Of a stretch of DNA of 64,000 nucleotides, positions 1-8,915 are shown one piece after another. The stretch is from a virus. The notes below the pieces were generated by a model. That model had not been told where the DNA came from. It saw nothing but the letters and a program-made list of their open reading frames with translations, and made no database searches. Positions within the stretch are counted from its first letter, which is position 1; the number at the start of each line of letters is the position of its first letter. The stretch covers positions 8,562 to 72,561 of the IMG/VR virus record IMGVR_UViG_3300005537_000024. One strand, 5' to 3'. Both the position numbers and the translations under genes were made by a program.

Positions 1-417
1 GTTGGGCTGGCCGGACGGCGAGCCGGAAGCGTATAGGGGCATGTCGACCGGCGGCGGCTCGACCCGGACCGGTTCGACCGGGACCGGGCACCGTTCCAGG
101 TTCTTGCCGCGGACCGTCGCGAACTCCCCGTGCTCTCGGCGCCACGGGGACCGCTCGTCGACCCTGATCCAGACCGCGTCGTCGCAGATGGCGACGACCT
201 CCCCGACGCAGCTAGCATCGTCCTTGCACACCACGCGCTCCCCCACGTCGAACTTGAGGAGCGCGATCCCGACGACCTTGCTGAGGGTTACCGCGAACCC
301 GTTGTGCTCGACCTTGACGTGGACGAGGTCTTCGCCGGGCTGGACGTCGAACTTGACCTTCGCGTGGACGACGAGGACGTCGCCCTCGCGCGGCAGGTAT
401 CCTTTTGGCAGGCTCAT
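1..417 (-). CDS. hypothetical protein (partial, runs off window start)
   Basis: Open minus-strand frame MSLPKGYLPREGDVLVVHAKVKFDV... read by hand; ATG overlaps the stop of 414..629 (ATGA); genome-typical codon usage. Confidence 0.6.
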   Translation of the reverse strand, partial: MSLPKGYLPREGDVLVVHAKVKFDVQPGEDLVHVKVEHNGFAVTLSKVVGIALLKFDVGERVVCKDDASCVGEVVAICDDAVWIRVDERSPWRREHGEFATVRGKNLERCPVPVEPVRVEPPPVDMPLYASGSPSGQPN

Positions 418-629
418 TCGGGGTCTCTCCTTCGATGCTCCTCGCAGGCGAACGACCCGTCCCGGAAACACCCGCAGAGGAGCTCGAAGCGCGGGTATCG
501 GTCGACGGTCAGGCGGCCGCCCTCGGCGACCACGACGTGGCCGGCGTAGAGGGCGGGGCGGAGGTCGGGCGGGGAGTCCTCGCCGGACATGATGGCGTTG
601 ACGGCGGCCTGGGCGGGGTGCTCCTTCAC
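414..629 (-). CDS. hypothetical protein
   Basis: 71-aa ORF, translationally coupled to neighbours in the leftward operon. Confidence 0.5.
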   Translation of the reverse strand: MKEHPAQAAVNAIMSGEDSPPDLRPALYAGHVVVAEGGRLTVDRYPRFELLCGCFRDGSFACEEHRRRDPE

Positions 630-751
630 GACGCCCTCGCGAGCATCACGAAGTAGAGCCGCGCCAGGGCGAACACGCCGACGCAGAAGGCGGCCGCGGC
701 CAGGCGGTCGAACCAGGTGGGCAACAGGTCTCTCGTGGGAAGGTTTCTCAT
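626..751 (-). CDS. small hydrophobic peptide (41 aa)
   Basis: MRNLPTRDLLPTWFDRLAAAAFCVGVFALARLYFVMLARAS; GAGGG upstream; stop overlaps the next GTG. Confidence 0.35.
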   Translation of the reverse strand: MRNLPTRDLLPTWFDRLAAAAFCVGVFALARLYFVMLARAS

Positions 752-787
752 CCGATCGTCCCTCAGGTCAGGTTACGTCGCGAATCA

Positions 788-816
788 GATATAGGGAATT
801 TCCTCCCCGCCGTCTA
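788..816 (-). promoter_or_regulatory. sigma70-type leftward promoter
   Basis: Minus strand TAGACG-N17-TATATC in a divergent intergenic region; the same design recurs at 13857-13885. Confidence 0.55.
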
Positions 817-885
817 GCCCCCCTAGTCAACCGCGAGGTAAAGGGTTAATTTTCTACCATCAACCTGGGAACGGAGAAAACGCAC

Positions 886-1143
886 GTGATCGCGGAGATC
901 GTCAAAAACAACCTGATCGCCATCGCCACCGCCTACCGCCGCGGGACGGGCGCCTCGCTCACGCAGATCAGCAAGGACTTCTACGGGAACTCGAACTTCT
1001 TCGCGTCGCTCAAGAACGGGTCGCACAGCGTCAGCGTGCGCAAGCTCGACGAGATGATCGAGCAGTTCCGGGAGCGGTGGCCGGCTGATACCCACTGGCC
1101 CCCCGTCCGGGTGATCTCGATGGGGCAGAAGCCGCAAGAGTGA
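886..1143 (+). CDS. Cro-like HTH regulator
   Basis: Small protein with HTH-like SLTQISKDFYGNSNFFASLKNG and C-terminal WP..WP; first gene of the rightward operon. Confidence 0.6.
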   Translation: MIAEIVKNNLIAIATAYRRGTGASLTQISKDFYGNSNFFASLKNGSHSVSVRKLDEMIEQFRERWPADTHWPPVRVISMGQKPQE

Positions 1144-1225
1144 GAAAATTAGCCCCCGGACTCTTGCCGCGGACTCTCGAATCGCCTACCTGCGCGCTGT
1201 CGAGCCCAAGCGACGGAGGCGACCG

Positions 1226-1405
1226 ATGGCGCGCCGGAAGGACGATAACGTGGAGCAGAACATCGCCGTCCCGCTCGACGGCGACACGCGAGAGTGGCTC
1301 TCAAGGCTATCCCTCGCGACCGGCGACCCGATGGGCCGGATCGTCGCGTCCATGCTAAGGGACATACGCGCCGACGACGAAGCGTGTCATAGTCAACTGC
1401 ACTGA
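1226..1405 (+). CDS. small putative ribbon-helix-helix protein (59 aa)
   Basis: GGAGG RBS; MARRKDDNVEQNIAVPLDGDTREWLSRLSLATGDPMGRIVASMLRDIRADD...; below the ORF-track length cutoff. Confidence 0.5.
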   Translation: MARRKDDNVEQNIAVPLDGDTREWLSRLSLATGDPMGRIVASMLRDIRADDEACHSQLH

Positions 1406-1423
1406 ACAAGCGAAAGGACCACG

Positions 1424-1792
1424 ATGGCCAGGAAGCCAAAGACGGACGGTGCGAGGCCCGCGATCTCGCAGCCGAAGCTCAAGTCGCTCATGGCGACCGC
1501 GCGGGGCGCGAAGAAGGACATCGCCGAGATCTCGGGGAGCCTCGGCGAGCAGATCAAGACGGCGGTCGAGAACAACCACCTCAACCGGAAGGTCTTCCGG
1601 CAGATCGTCGCGCTCGACCGCATGGAACCGGCGACGCTGCGGCGCTGGCTCGAGGACTTCGAGCACTACCTCGACATCAGCGGGCTCCAGGCGCGCGCGG
1701 ACTCGGCCCCCGAGCTCCCGATCGCCGGGGAGGAGGACGGCGAGGACAACGTCAAGCCGTTCCCGTCGCCGACGTCGGTCGCCGCGGAGTGA
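1424..1792 (+). CDS. GapR/DUF2312-like nucleoid-associated protein
   Basis: LKSL...KKDIAEI...LNRKVFRQIVALDRM...YLDISGL pattern typical of GapR-like proteins; AAGGA RBS. Confidence 0.65.
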   Translation: MARKPKTDGARPAISQPKLKSLMATARGAKKDIAEISGSLGEQIKTAVENNHLNRKVFRQIVALDRMEPATLRRWLEDFEHYLDISGLQARADSAPELPIAGEEDGEDNVKPFPSPTSVAAE

Positions 1793-2295
1793 TCGTCCTC
1801 GGGATCGACCCGGGGCTGAGCGGCGCCCTCGCGCTCGTCGAGGGCGGCCCGGACGTACACCCGCGCCTGCTCGCGGTCGCGGACATCCCCACGACGGGGG
1901 AGAAAGCGAAGCGGCGCGTCCACGTCGCCGGCGTGCTCGAGTTCGTCCGGCGGTTCCCGCCGGCCCACGCGTTTATCGAGCGGGCGCAGGCGATGCCGGA
2001 CCAGGGGGCGAGCAGCGGGTTCGTGTACGGGCGGGCCGTCGGCGCGCTCGAAGCGTGCGTCGACGGCCTCATGATCCCGAGCACGGTCATCGAGTCGACG
2101 GCCTGGAAGAAGGCGCACGCCCTGATCAAGCGCGAGAAGGAGGATAGCCGGCAACGGGCGATCAAGCTGTTCCCGGGGGTCCCCGGCTTCGAGCGCATGA
2201 AGGACCACAACCGGGCCGAGGCGGCGCTGATCGCGTGGTACGGGCTCGCGCTCCTGCGCGGCCAGGGCCTCGACTTCGAGCGCACGGCGGCGTGA
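1789..2295 (+). CDS. RuvC-like Holliday junction resolvase
   Basis: IVLGIDPGLSGALA, FIE, WKK, DHNRAEAALIA motifs. Confidence 0.85.
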   Translation: MIVLGIDPGLSGALALVEGGPDVHPRLLAVADIPTTGEKAKRRVHVAGVLEFVRRFPPAHAFIERAQAMPDQGASSGFVYGRAVGALEACVDGLMIPSTVIESTAWKKAHALIKREKEDSRQRAIKLFPGVPGFERMKDHNRAEAALIAWYGLALLRGQGLDFERTAA

Positions 2296-2693
2296 CGCCC
2301 GTGACCGACTTCCGCGACGCTATCGTGAGGAGGCTTAGGGAGGAGAACGACGAGCTACGCGAGCGGGTCAGGCAGCTCGAGGAGCTATTCTACGGCGGCG
2401 ACGAGTTCACGCCGCCCGAGTGGGGCCTCACGGCGCAGGAGCAGATCCTATTCTGGCTCCTCGTCCGGCGCCGGCACGTGACGCGGGACCAGGCCATGAC
2501 GGCGCTCTACAGCGACCGGGCGGACTGCGACGTCGACCCGAAGGTCGTCGACGTGTTCGTCTGCAAGATGCGCGCGAAGCTCGGGCGCCACGGCATCAGC
2601 ATCGCGACGCACTGGGGGAGAGGCTTCGAGCTCGACGCGGCGACGCGGGCGCGGTTCCGGCGCCCGCTCCCCGCCGCGCAGAGGAGGGCGTGA
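2292..2693 (+). CDS. CtrA/OmpR-type winged-helix protein lacking a receiver domain
   Basis: N-terminal coiled coil, then LT..E..L..LL...LY...DPKVVDVFVCKMRAKL...I.THWGRGF. Confidence 0.75.
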   Translation: MTPVTDFRDAIVRRLREENDELRERVRQLEELFYGGDEFTPPEWGLTAQEQILFWLLVRRRHVTRDQAMTALYSDRADCDVDPKVVDVFVCKMRAKLGRHGISIATHWGRGFELDAATRARFRRPLPAAQRRA

Positions 2694-3334
2694 TGCTCGA
2701 CCGGACCGAGCGCCTGGACGACCCGCTCCTCGCCGGCCTCCCGGACGGGCACTTCGGCGCGATCCTCTGCGACCCGCCGTGGCGGTTCAAGACGTGGAAC
2801 AACGTGACCGCTATCAAGCGGCGCGGGAAGGGGACGAACGTTTCCAGCGCGGTTCACTATAGGACGATGACGCTCGCAGAGATCGCCGCGGTCCCGGTCG
2901 GCAGCGCCGCCGCGCCGGACTGCGCGCTATTCCTATGGATCTCCTGGCCGATGCTGAGGGACGCGCTCAAGGTCATCGAGTGGTGGGGGTTCGAGTACAA
3001 GACCTGCGCGTTCGACTGGGCGAAGGCGCGCGTCGACCAGATCGACATGTTCCGCGACGACGCGGACGCGAGCATGGGGATGGGCTACTGGACGCGGGCC
3101 AACACGGAGCCGTGCCTCCTCGCGACGCGCGGCCGGCCGCGGCGCCTGCACAGGGACGTTCGCATGGGGGTCATCGAGCCGCGGCGCGAGCACTCGCGCA
3201 AGCCGGACTGCGTGCACAAGCGGATCGAGCGGCTCGTCGGCGGACCGTACCTGGAGCTCTGGGCCCGGCAGGACCGGCCCGGGTGGACGGTCCGGGGCGA
3301 CGAGGTCGGGAAGTTCAGGGAGGCGGCAGAGTAA
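2693..3334 (+). CDS. MT-A70 family N6-adenine methyltransferase
   Basis: DPPW catalytic motif, LFLW, WGFEYKT, GMGYWTRANTE, REHSRKP, YLELWAR. Confidence 0.9.
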   Translation: MLDRTERLDDPLLAGLPDGHFGAILCDPPWRFKTWNNVTAIKRRGKGTNVSSAVHYRTMTLAEIAAVPVGSAAAPDCALFLWISWPMLRDALKVIEWWGFEYKTCAFDWAKARVDQIDMFRDDADASMGMGYWTRANTEPCLLATRGRPRRLHRDVRMGVIEPRREHSRKPDCVHKRIERLVGGPYLELWARQDRPGWTVRGDEVGKFREAAE

Positions 3335-3713
3335 GCCGCAATTCATGTTGAAAGCGGAGTTTTCAAGATACCCTTGCGCCGCAGAGCTTTGAGCAAGATC
3401 GCCGACCTTGCGGTCATGAGTGCAGTGATCGCCGGGGCGATCGCCGCCGGCCGGCTCCTCGCCTGGCTCCCGGCAGCGGCCGACAAAGAATGTTACGCCG
3501 CCCTTGGGGCGATCGAGTCTGGACGGGCGGGGTTCCCATCGGAATAGAATCGGACTAAAAAGGTCGCCCCGGTCGGGCCATCACACCCGCCGGGGCCGAT
3601 CCGCGAATCTGTTCTGGAGGGGCGCGCGGACCACGAGGTTTATATATCGCGAGACCTCGTGTTCGACAACCCCTCCGACCGATGGAATCCTTCGCCCTTG
3701 GAGGGGCTTGAGC

Positions 3714-4547
3714 ATGGTCTCTTACTATCAGCACGACATCGCGTCCTGGATGGACGGGACGGAGAACCTCAGCGACGGCGCCTACCGGCTATACCACGTT
3801 ATCTGTCAGCTCATTTACCTGCACGAAGGGCCGATCGTATACAACGCGCGAGGGCTCGCTGGCCGATGCAGCATGCGCCACGAGCTAGTCACCCGCTACT
3901 ATATCCCGCAGCTCCTCAAGGCCGGGAAAATAACGATCGAAAACGGCAAGATCAGCAACGTCCGGTGCCGGTCTGAGCTGTCGAAGATCGAGGACCGCCG
4001 CGTCGCCCGCCGCAGTGCCCCGCCTACGCCCCGCTCCCCGTCCGCTATAGGTCCGCCCCTAGTCCGCTCCCCTCCCGCTTCCCCTCCGCTCCCTTCTAAG
4101 CCTTTGAAAAACAACGGCCCGGAACCTCCTACTATACTAGACTCACTAGACTTAATAGACTCAAGGGAAGAAACGCGCGCGCGGCGCGCTTGGCCCTTCG
4201 ACGAGTTCTGGAAGGTGTTCCCGAACAAGGTGGGCAAGCAGGCTGCGGAGAAGTCGTTCCGCAGGGTCGAGCGGTCTAGGGCAGTCTCGTTCGAGGAGCT
4301 AATGGCGGCGCTGCGGCGCTATGCCGGGAAGACGGACGACCGCCCGTGGTGCAATCCGACGACCTGGCTGAACCAGGGGCGGTGGGAGGACCGCCCGGCG
4401 AGCGGCCCGCAGCCGCCGCCCCATCCCCCGGCGCCGGTCGACCCGGCGAAGGAGGCCGCGCGGGCGGAGCGCCGCGCCCGGGAGCAGGCTGAGTACGACG
4501 AGTGGAAACGACAGAATGGAGGTCAGGATGCCCGGCTTTCGCTTTGA
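3714..4547 (+). CDS. replication initiator (DUF1376/YdaU-like N-terminus)
   Basis: YYQHDIASWMDGTENLS...Y..LIY N-terminus; FDEFWKVFPNKVGK...P.TWLNQGRWED C-terminus; internal iterons. Confidence 0.8.
   Translation: MVSYYQHDIASWMDGTENLSDGAYRLYHVICQLIYLHEGPIVYNARGLAGRCSMRHELVTRYYIPQLLKAGKITIENGKISNVRCRSELSKIEDRRVARRSAPPTPRSPSAIGPPLVRSPPASPPLPSKPLKNNGPEPPTILDSLDLIDSREETRARRAWPFDEFWKVFPNKVGKQAAEKSFRRVERSRAVSFEELMAALRRYAGKTDDRPWCNPTTWLNQGRWEDRPASGPQPPPHPPAPVDPAKEAARAERRAREQAEYDEWKRQNGGQDARLSL
4020..4161 (+). repeat. putative replication origin (iterons) inside the initiator gene
   Basis: CCGC core at exact 11-bp period (4020, 4031, 4042, 4053, 4064, 4075, 4086), an AT-richer patch, then TAGACT x3 at 9-bp period (4138, 4147, 4156). 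Confidence 0.65.
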
Positions 4548-5148
4548 CGGCATGGGGACGAAGCAGCGCGTCTACTGGGAGCGGGCGCTCGCGTTCATGG
4601 GCGCGGAGGCCACGCGCGGCTCGACGTTCGAGCTGCGGGAGGGGACGTCGCAGTGGCGCAAGTGGCGGCAGTATTTCGAGCGGCACCTCGGATTCATGCC
4701 GAAGGGGATGCTGATGCTCGCGCGCGGCCAGATCGGCTGCTTCCTCGTCCCGACGGAGTGGCCGGACGAGTTCGACCCGCTGTTCTCCTACGACCAGGCC
4801 CGCGACCCGCCGAGGCCGGCCGCGCCGAGCCCGCAAGAGCAGGCGCGGGTGTCGGGGAAGTTCGACAAGCTCCTCGGGACGATGCGGATGCGCTCGATGA
4901 ACGAAGCCGAGCGGGAGAAGGCTCGCGCGGAGGCGACGCGCCGATCGGCGGAAACCTCGCAGCGCATGATCGAGGCGGAGTATCGCCGCCTCGGGATCGA
5001 ACCGGTGACCTCGAACGGCCTCACCGTCTCGCTCGCGATGCTTAGGCGGCAGGGGTGGACGGTCGAGGAGGTCGGCGGGGCAAGGGTCCTCGTGGCCCCG
5101 GCCCGCATGGCCGCGCAGGTGGAGGGACGAAAGAGCTGGGAGGAATGA
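4516..5148 (+). CDS. hypothetical protein (follows initiator)
   Basis: 210-aa ORF, typical codon usage. Confidence 0.6.
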   Translation: MEVRMPGFRFDGMGTKQRVYWERALAFMGAEATRGSTFELREGTSQWRKWRQYFERHLGFMPKGMLMLARGQIGCFLVPTEWPDEFDPLFSYDQARDPPRPAAPSPQEQARVSGKFDKLLGTMRMRSMNEAEREKARAEATRRSAETSQRMIEAEYRRLGIEPVTSNGLTVSLAMLRRQGWTVEEVGGARVLVAPARMAAQVEGRKSWEE

Positions 5149-5152
5149 ACCC

Positions 5153-5335
5153 GTGAAGGTCGGCGACGTGGTTGAGGTCCGCAGGATGCAACAGTTAGGC
5201 CCGGACGAGTGGAGGCCGGCGCTAGTCGCAGAAGTGCAACAAGAAAAGTTCCGCGTGGAGTTTATCGCAACTAAGGACGGACCGCCGACTTGGTTGCCAA
5301 AAAGTCAGGGCGGTTGGATGTGGAAGACGGAGTGA
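5153..5335 (+). CDS. hypothetical protein (SH3/Tudor-like small beta domain)
   Basis: MKVGDVVEV...W.PA.V.EV...FRVEF; GGAGG RBS. Confidence 0.5.
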   Translation: MKVGDVVEVRRMQQLGPDEWRPALVAEVQQEKFRVEFIATKDGPPTWLPKSQGGWMWKTE

Positions 5336-5337
5336 AC

Positions 5338-5694
5338 ATGCGAGTGGCGTCTGATCAGATGACGGGAATGCTCAAGAGCTTCGACAACCGGAAGGGGTTC
5401 GGGTTCCTGATCCCGGACGACCCGGGGCCGACGATGGGCCGGGACGTGTTCGTGCACGTGACCCAGACGGGGTCGATGAGGTTGACGATCGGGCAGAGGT
5501 TCGCGTTCGACCTCGCGGCCCACGACGGGAAGGGGCTTCAGGCCACGAACCTGCGGTCGCTCTCCGACCCCATGCGGGTCGCCGCGGCGGCCGCGATGGA
5601 ATGGCTCAAGGCGAACGTCGACGCGACGCACGACGTTAGCGGGGTCCGCGGCGTGATCGCCGCGCTCGAAAACGCCCTGAGCAGATCGCGGTGA
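5338..5694 (+). CDS. cold-shock domain protein with C-terminal helical extension
   Basis: G.LKSFDNRKGFGFL (RNP1), DVFVH (RNP2), KGLQATNL. Confidence 0.85.
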   Translation: MRVASDQMTGMLKSFDNRKGFGFLIPDDPGPTMGRDVFVHVTQTGSMRLTIGQRFAFDLAAHDGKGLQATNLRSLSDPMRVAAAAAMEWLKANVDATHDVSGVRGVIAALENALSRSR

Positions 5695-5915
5695 GGGAGA
5701 GCAAGAGGGCGGACGCTTGGCTCGGGGCGCTGGTCCCGGCGCCGAGTATGACAAGGCCGCTGGTTCAGGCGTTCCTCGCGATCGACCCGGACTTCCTGCC
5801 GCCCGCGCGGTGGGTCAGCGACGACGTCCTGTGGGACTACGCCGCGTACGTGGCCGACGCGGAGCGCCGCGGCGAGCGGCGGTCGAGGTACGCGAAGCCG
5901 AAGAGCTACCGGTGA
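5691..5915 (+). CDS. hypothetical protein
   Basis: Coupled ORF (GTGA overlaps). Confidence 0.45.
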   Translation: MRESKRADAWLGALVPAPSMTRPLVQAFLAIDPDFLPPARWVSDDVLWDYAAYVADAERRGERRSRYAKPKSYR

Positions 5916-6271
5916 CGTTCGAGCACCCACACGACGCGGCGATGGCGGGGATGCGCGACGGCATCCTCGGGTCGCCGCCGCGGCACGTGGGGAACTTCTG
6001 CGAGGTCTACGAGCGCGGCTACGTGCTCGGGGGCGGCGAGCGGCGGCGGAGGGAGAAGCTGATGAAGCGCGGGACGAAGGTGAGCTACCGGTCGATCGAC
6101 GGGCAGGTCTACGAGGGCGTCCTGTTCTGCGACGTGCGCGCGGACGGGACCGTGGGGGTCGACGTGGACGTGCCGACGTGCAAGGACAACCCGCTCTCGC
6201 TCACGCGGGTCAACTGGAGCGACGCCCCGAGCGACAAGAGCTACACGGCGTGGCCGAGGGAGGGCGCGTGA
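5912..6271 (+). CDS. hypothetical protein
   Basis: Coupled ORF with GTGA overlaps at both ends. Confidence 0.5.
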   Translation: MTFEHPHDAAMAGMRDGILGSPPRHVGNFCEVYERGYVLGGGERRRREKLMKRGTKVSYRSIDGQVYEGVLFCDVRADGTVGVDVDVPTCKDNPLSLTRVNWSDAPSDKSYTAWPREGA

Positions 6272-6849
6272 CTAAGCCGAGGATCGAGAGCTCCTGGCCG
6301 GCGTCGAAGGTCTCGCTGTGGCCGATCGACAAGATCATCCCGTACGAGAACAACCCGCGCACGCACCCCCCGGCGCAGATAGACCTCCTCGCGCGGTCGA
6401 TGCTGGAGGACGGGGTGACGACGCCGATCCTCGTCGACGAGGAGGGAGTGATCATCGCCGGCCACGGGCGACTGATGGCGTCGATGCAGAACGGGTTCAA
6501 AAAGTACCCCGTCGCCGTCGCGCGCGGGTGGACCGAGGAGCGCAAGCGCGCGGTCCGCGTCAAGGACAACCAGTACGGCCTCATGAGCGGGTGGGACCGC
6601 GAGCTGATCCGCGGCGAGATCGCGTTCCTCTCGGGCGCCGGCGAGGACGTGTCCCTGCTCGGCTTCGGCGACGCGCAGCTCGTCCAGTTCACGACGCTGC
6701 CGGGTCCGCCGTCCGAGTTCCAGGCGTTCGGCGAGGACATCCCCGTGACCCACCGCTGCCCGAAGTGCGGGTACACGGGTTCTGGCGACTGGAGGGCGAA
6801 GCCGCAGGAGCCGGCGGCGCCGAAGAAGGGGAACGGGAAGAACCGGTGA
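6268..6849 (+). CDS. ParB/Srx-like domain protein with C-terminal CPKCG zinc ribbon
   Basis: IIPYENNPRTH, PILVDEEGVIIAGHGRL, DN...SGWD; HRCPKCGY. Confidence 0.85.
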   Translation: MTKPRIESSWPASKVSLWPIDKIIPYENNPRTHPPAQIDLLARSMLEDGVTTPILVDEEGVIIAGHGRLMASMQNGFKKYPVAVARGWTEERKRAVRVKDNQYGLMSGWDRELIRGEIAFLSGAGEDVSLLGFGDAQLVQFTTLPGPPSEFQAFGEDIPVTHRCPKCGYTGSGDWRAKPQEPAAPKKGNGKNR

Positions 6850-8345
6850 AGCCCCCGTACCGCGTCCCTACGATGGCGGAGGTCGCCGCCACCCCTCGAA
6901 ACGGCCTCAAGATCTTATCGACCTTCAGCGGCGCCGGGGGCTCGTGCCTCGGCTTCCGGATGGCCGGGTTCGAGGTCCTCTGGGCGAGCGAGTTCGTCGA
7001 GGCGGCGCGCGAGGTCTACGCGGCGAACGCCGGCCCGGGGACCGTGCTTGACGGAAGGGACATCCGGCTTGTCGACCCGGTCGAAGTGCTTGACGAGCTC
7101 GGCCTCGCGGTTGGCGAGCTCGACGTGCTCGAAGGGTCGCCCCCCTGCGCGAGCTTCTCGACGGCGGGCAAGCGGTCGGCGCATTGGGGGAAGGTCAAGA
7201 AGTACTCCGACACGGAGCAGCGGACCGACGACCTGTTCTTCGAGTACGTCCGCTTCCTGCGGGCGATGCGGCCGCGGGCGTTCGTCGCGGAGAACGTGAG
7301 CGGGCTCGTGAAGGGGGTCGCGAAGGGGTACTTCCTCGAGGTCCTCGCCGCGATGAAGGGCTGCGGCTACCGGGTCGAGGCGCGGCTCCTCGACGCGCAG
7401 TGGCTCGGGGTTCCGCAGCAGCGCCAGCGGATCATCTTCGTCGGCGCGCGCGAGGACCTCGGGGTCGACCCGGCGTTCCCTTCGCCGCTTCCCTACCGCT
7501 ACAGCGTCCGCGACGCGATCCCGCACGCCTCCGCCGTCGGAGGCGTGCGGGCAACCGGCTTCAGCGGGTCCAAGATGGCCCGGTCGTCGAGCCCGTCGCC
7601 GACGATCATGGCCGGCGGCGGGAACGGGATGAACACGTCGCAGTTCGGGATCGAGGTCGAGCCGGAATGCGACATCTCCCGCTTCGCGATCGGCCGATCC
7701 GCCGGCGAACTCAACCCCGGGAAGTACCACCCGAAGCACAAGCAGCTCATCGTCGCCGACCCGTCCGAGCCGAACCCGACGATTTCCCAGCGGCACGGCG
7801 GCGCCGGCGTGGCGTCCGTCGTGATCGAGGCGCGCAGGGTCGCTCACAGCGACACGGTCCCGGAGAACGTCGGCGCGTCGCTAGAGGGCTACGCCGTCGG
7901 CGCAGAGTACGATCGCCTGAACCCGGGGCAGTCGTCGGACCGGTTCTTCAACCTCGTGCGGGCCGACCTAGACCAGCCGTCCCCGACCATAACCGGGCAG
8001 GGAAGCGGGGCCGGCGCGGGAGTCCCCGGTAGCGTGGCCTCGGTCTGCCATCCGACCGAGAAGCGCAAGTTCGCGATCGCCGAGCTGCGGCGGATATGCG
8101 GGTTTCCGGACGACTTCGCGCTCTCGGGGACCTACGCGCAGCAGTGGGAGCGGCTCGGCCGCGCCGTGCCGCCCCCGATGGCCTGCGCGATCGCGTTCAA
8201 GGTCGCGGAGATGCTCGCAAAAGCTCCGCCCAAAACGACTGCGCGCGCTCGACGTTCTCGGGCCGGTTCCACCAAAGGCTTTTCCCCGAAGGGTGGGGGC
8301 AGACGGCCACGTGCGCGCAGTCGCGGGCGAAGCGCGACCACTTGA
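6846..8345 (+). CDS. DNA cytosine-C5 methyltransferase family, candidate carboxymethyltransferase
   Basis: Motifs I FSGAGG, IV GSPPC, VI ENV, VIII QQRQRI, IX RKFAIAELRRICGFP; motif X reads LGRAVPP instead of GNAVP. Confidence 0.92.
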   Translation: MKPPYRVPTMAEVAATPRNGLKILSTFSGAGGSCLGFRMAGFEVLWASEFVEAAREVYAANAGPGTVLDGRDIRLVDPVEVLDELGLAVGELDVLEGSPPCASFSTAGKRSAHWGKVKKYSDTEQRTDDLFFEYVRFLRAMRPRAFVAENVSGLVKGVAKGYFLEVLAAMKGCGYRVEARLLDAQWLGVPQQRQRIIFVGAREDLGVDPAFPSPLPYRYSVRDAIPHASAVGGVRATGFSGSKMARSSSPSPTIMAGGGNGMNTSQFGIEVEPECDISRFAIGRSAGELNPGKYHPKHKQLIVADPSEPNPTISQRHGGAGVASVVIEARRVAHSDTVPENVGASLEGYAVGAEYDRLNPGQSSDRFFNLVRADLDQPSPTITGQGSGAGAGVPGSVASVCHPTEKRKFAIAELRRICGFPDDFALSGTYAQQWERLGRAVPPPMACAIAFKVAEMLAKAPPKTTARARRSRAGSTKGFSPKGGGRRPRARSRGRSATT

Positions 8346-8655
8346 GCGGCTCAAGCTGCCGGAGCCCTAACGCCCCGGCGACGCTGGCCCCGAGCAGGAC
8401 GACGACGTCCCTGGCCGCGACGACCTCCGCCATCGCCGCCGCGGCGGCCTTTGCCTCCGCCATCGGGAAGCGATCGCCGCCGGAGGGCGAGGGGCCGGGC
8501 CAGTATGAGAGCAGGTTCGCCCGGTCGAACCGCGCCAGGAAGCTGGTCCGACCGAGCCCGCAGAGGGCGGCGAGCCGCCGGCCGGAACGACCGGACAGCG
8601 GCTCCCCGAGGACGGAGCGGCGCGAGGGCGCCTGCCCGATGATGAGGGGCTTCAT
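8197..8655 (-). CDS. uracil-DNA glycosylase superfamily protein
   Basis: IIGQAPS, GRSGRRL, N, VVVLLG, HPSG motifs; no Fe-S cysteine set. Confidence 0.75.
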   Translation of the reverse strand: MKPLIIGQAPSRRSVLGEPLSGRSGRRLAALCGLGRTSFLARFDRANLLSYWPGPSPSGGDRFPMAEAKAAAAAMAEVVAARDVVVLLGASVAGALGLRQLEPLKWSRFARDCAHVAVCPHPSGKSLWWNRPENVERAQSFWAELLRASPRP

Positions 8656-8915
8656 GCAGCATCGTCCTCGACTTCGTCCCGGAGGACGATCTGGTCGGAG
8701 GTCCACTCCGTGCCGTCTTCGGCTAGGAAAACCGGCTTGTCGTCCCGAATCACGGTCTCCTGGTCGTCCCAAAAAACCGTTGTTGCTCCCAGCCAGTCGA
8801 AAGTGACGTTGCCGTCCTTGTCTCTCTCGAAGGAGTCGTCGGTGATCTCGGCGCGAGCCGAAACCACTTCCAGGGTGCCCATGATGGGCGACCCGTTGGG
8901 AGCGAACGCCCTCAT
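8652..8915 (-). CDS. hypothetical acidic protein
   Basis: MRAFAPNGSPIMGTLE...; ATGA-coupled at both ends. Confidence 0.6.
   Translation of the reverse strand: MRAFAPNGSPIMGTLEVVSARAEITDDSFERDKDGNVTFDWLGATTVFWDDQETVIRDDKPVFLAEDGTEWTSDQIVLRDEVEDDAA

Noticed and set aside
2-592. Plus-strand ORFs 2..592 and 130..549
   Set aside because: Antisense shadows; the minus-strand frame has coupled starts and typical codon usage
3335-3713. 380-bp gap with a hairpin near 3565-3600 as a possible ncRNA
   Set aside because: No recognisable RNA family; more simply a promoter or leader for the initiator gene
6318-6845. N-terminal extension of the C5-MTase
   Set aside because: Overlaps the ParB-like gene in another frame; GTG 6846 is coupled to its stop
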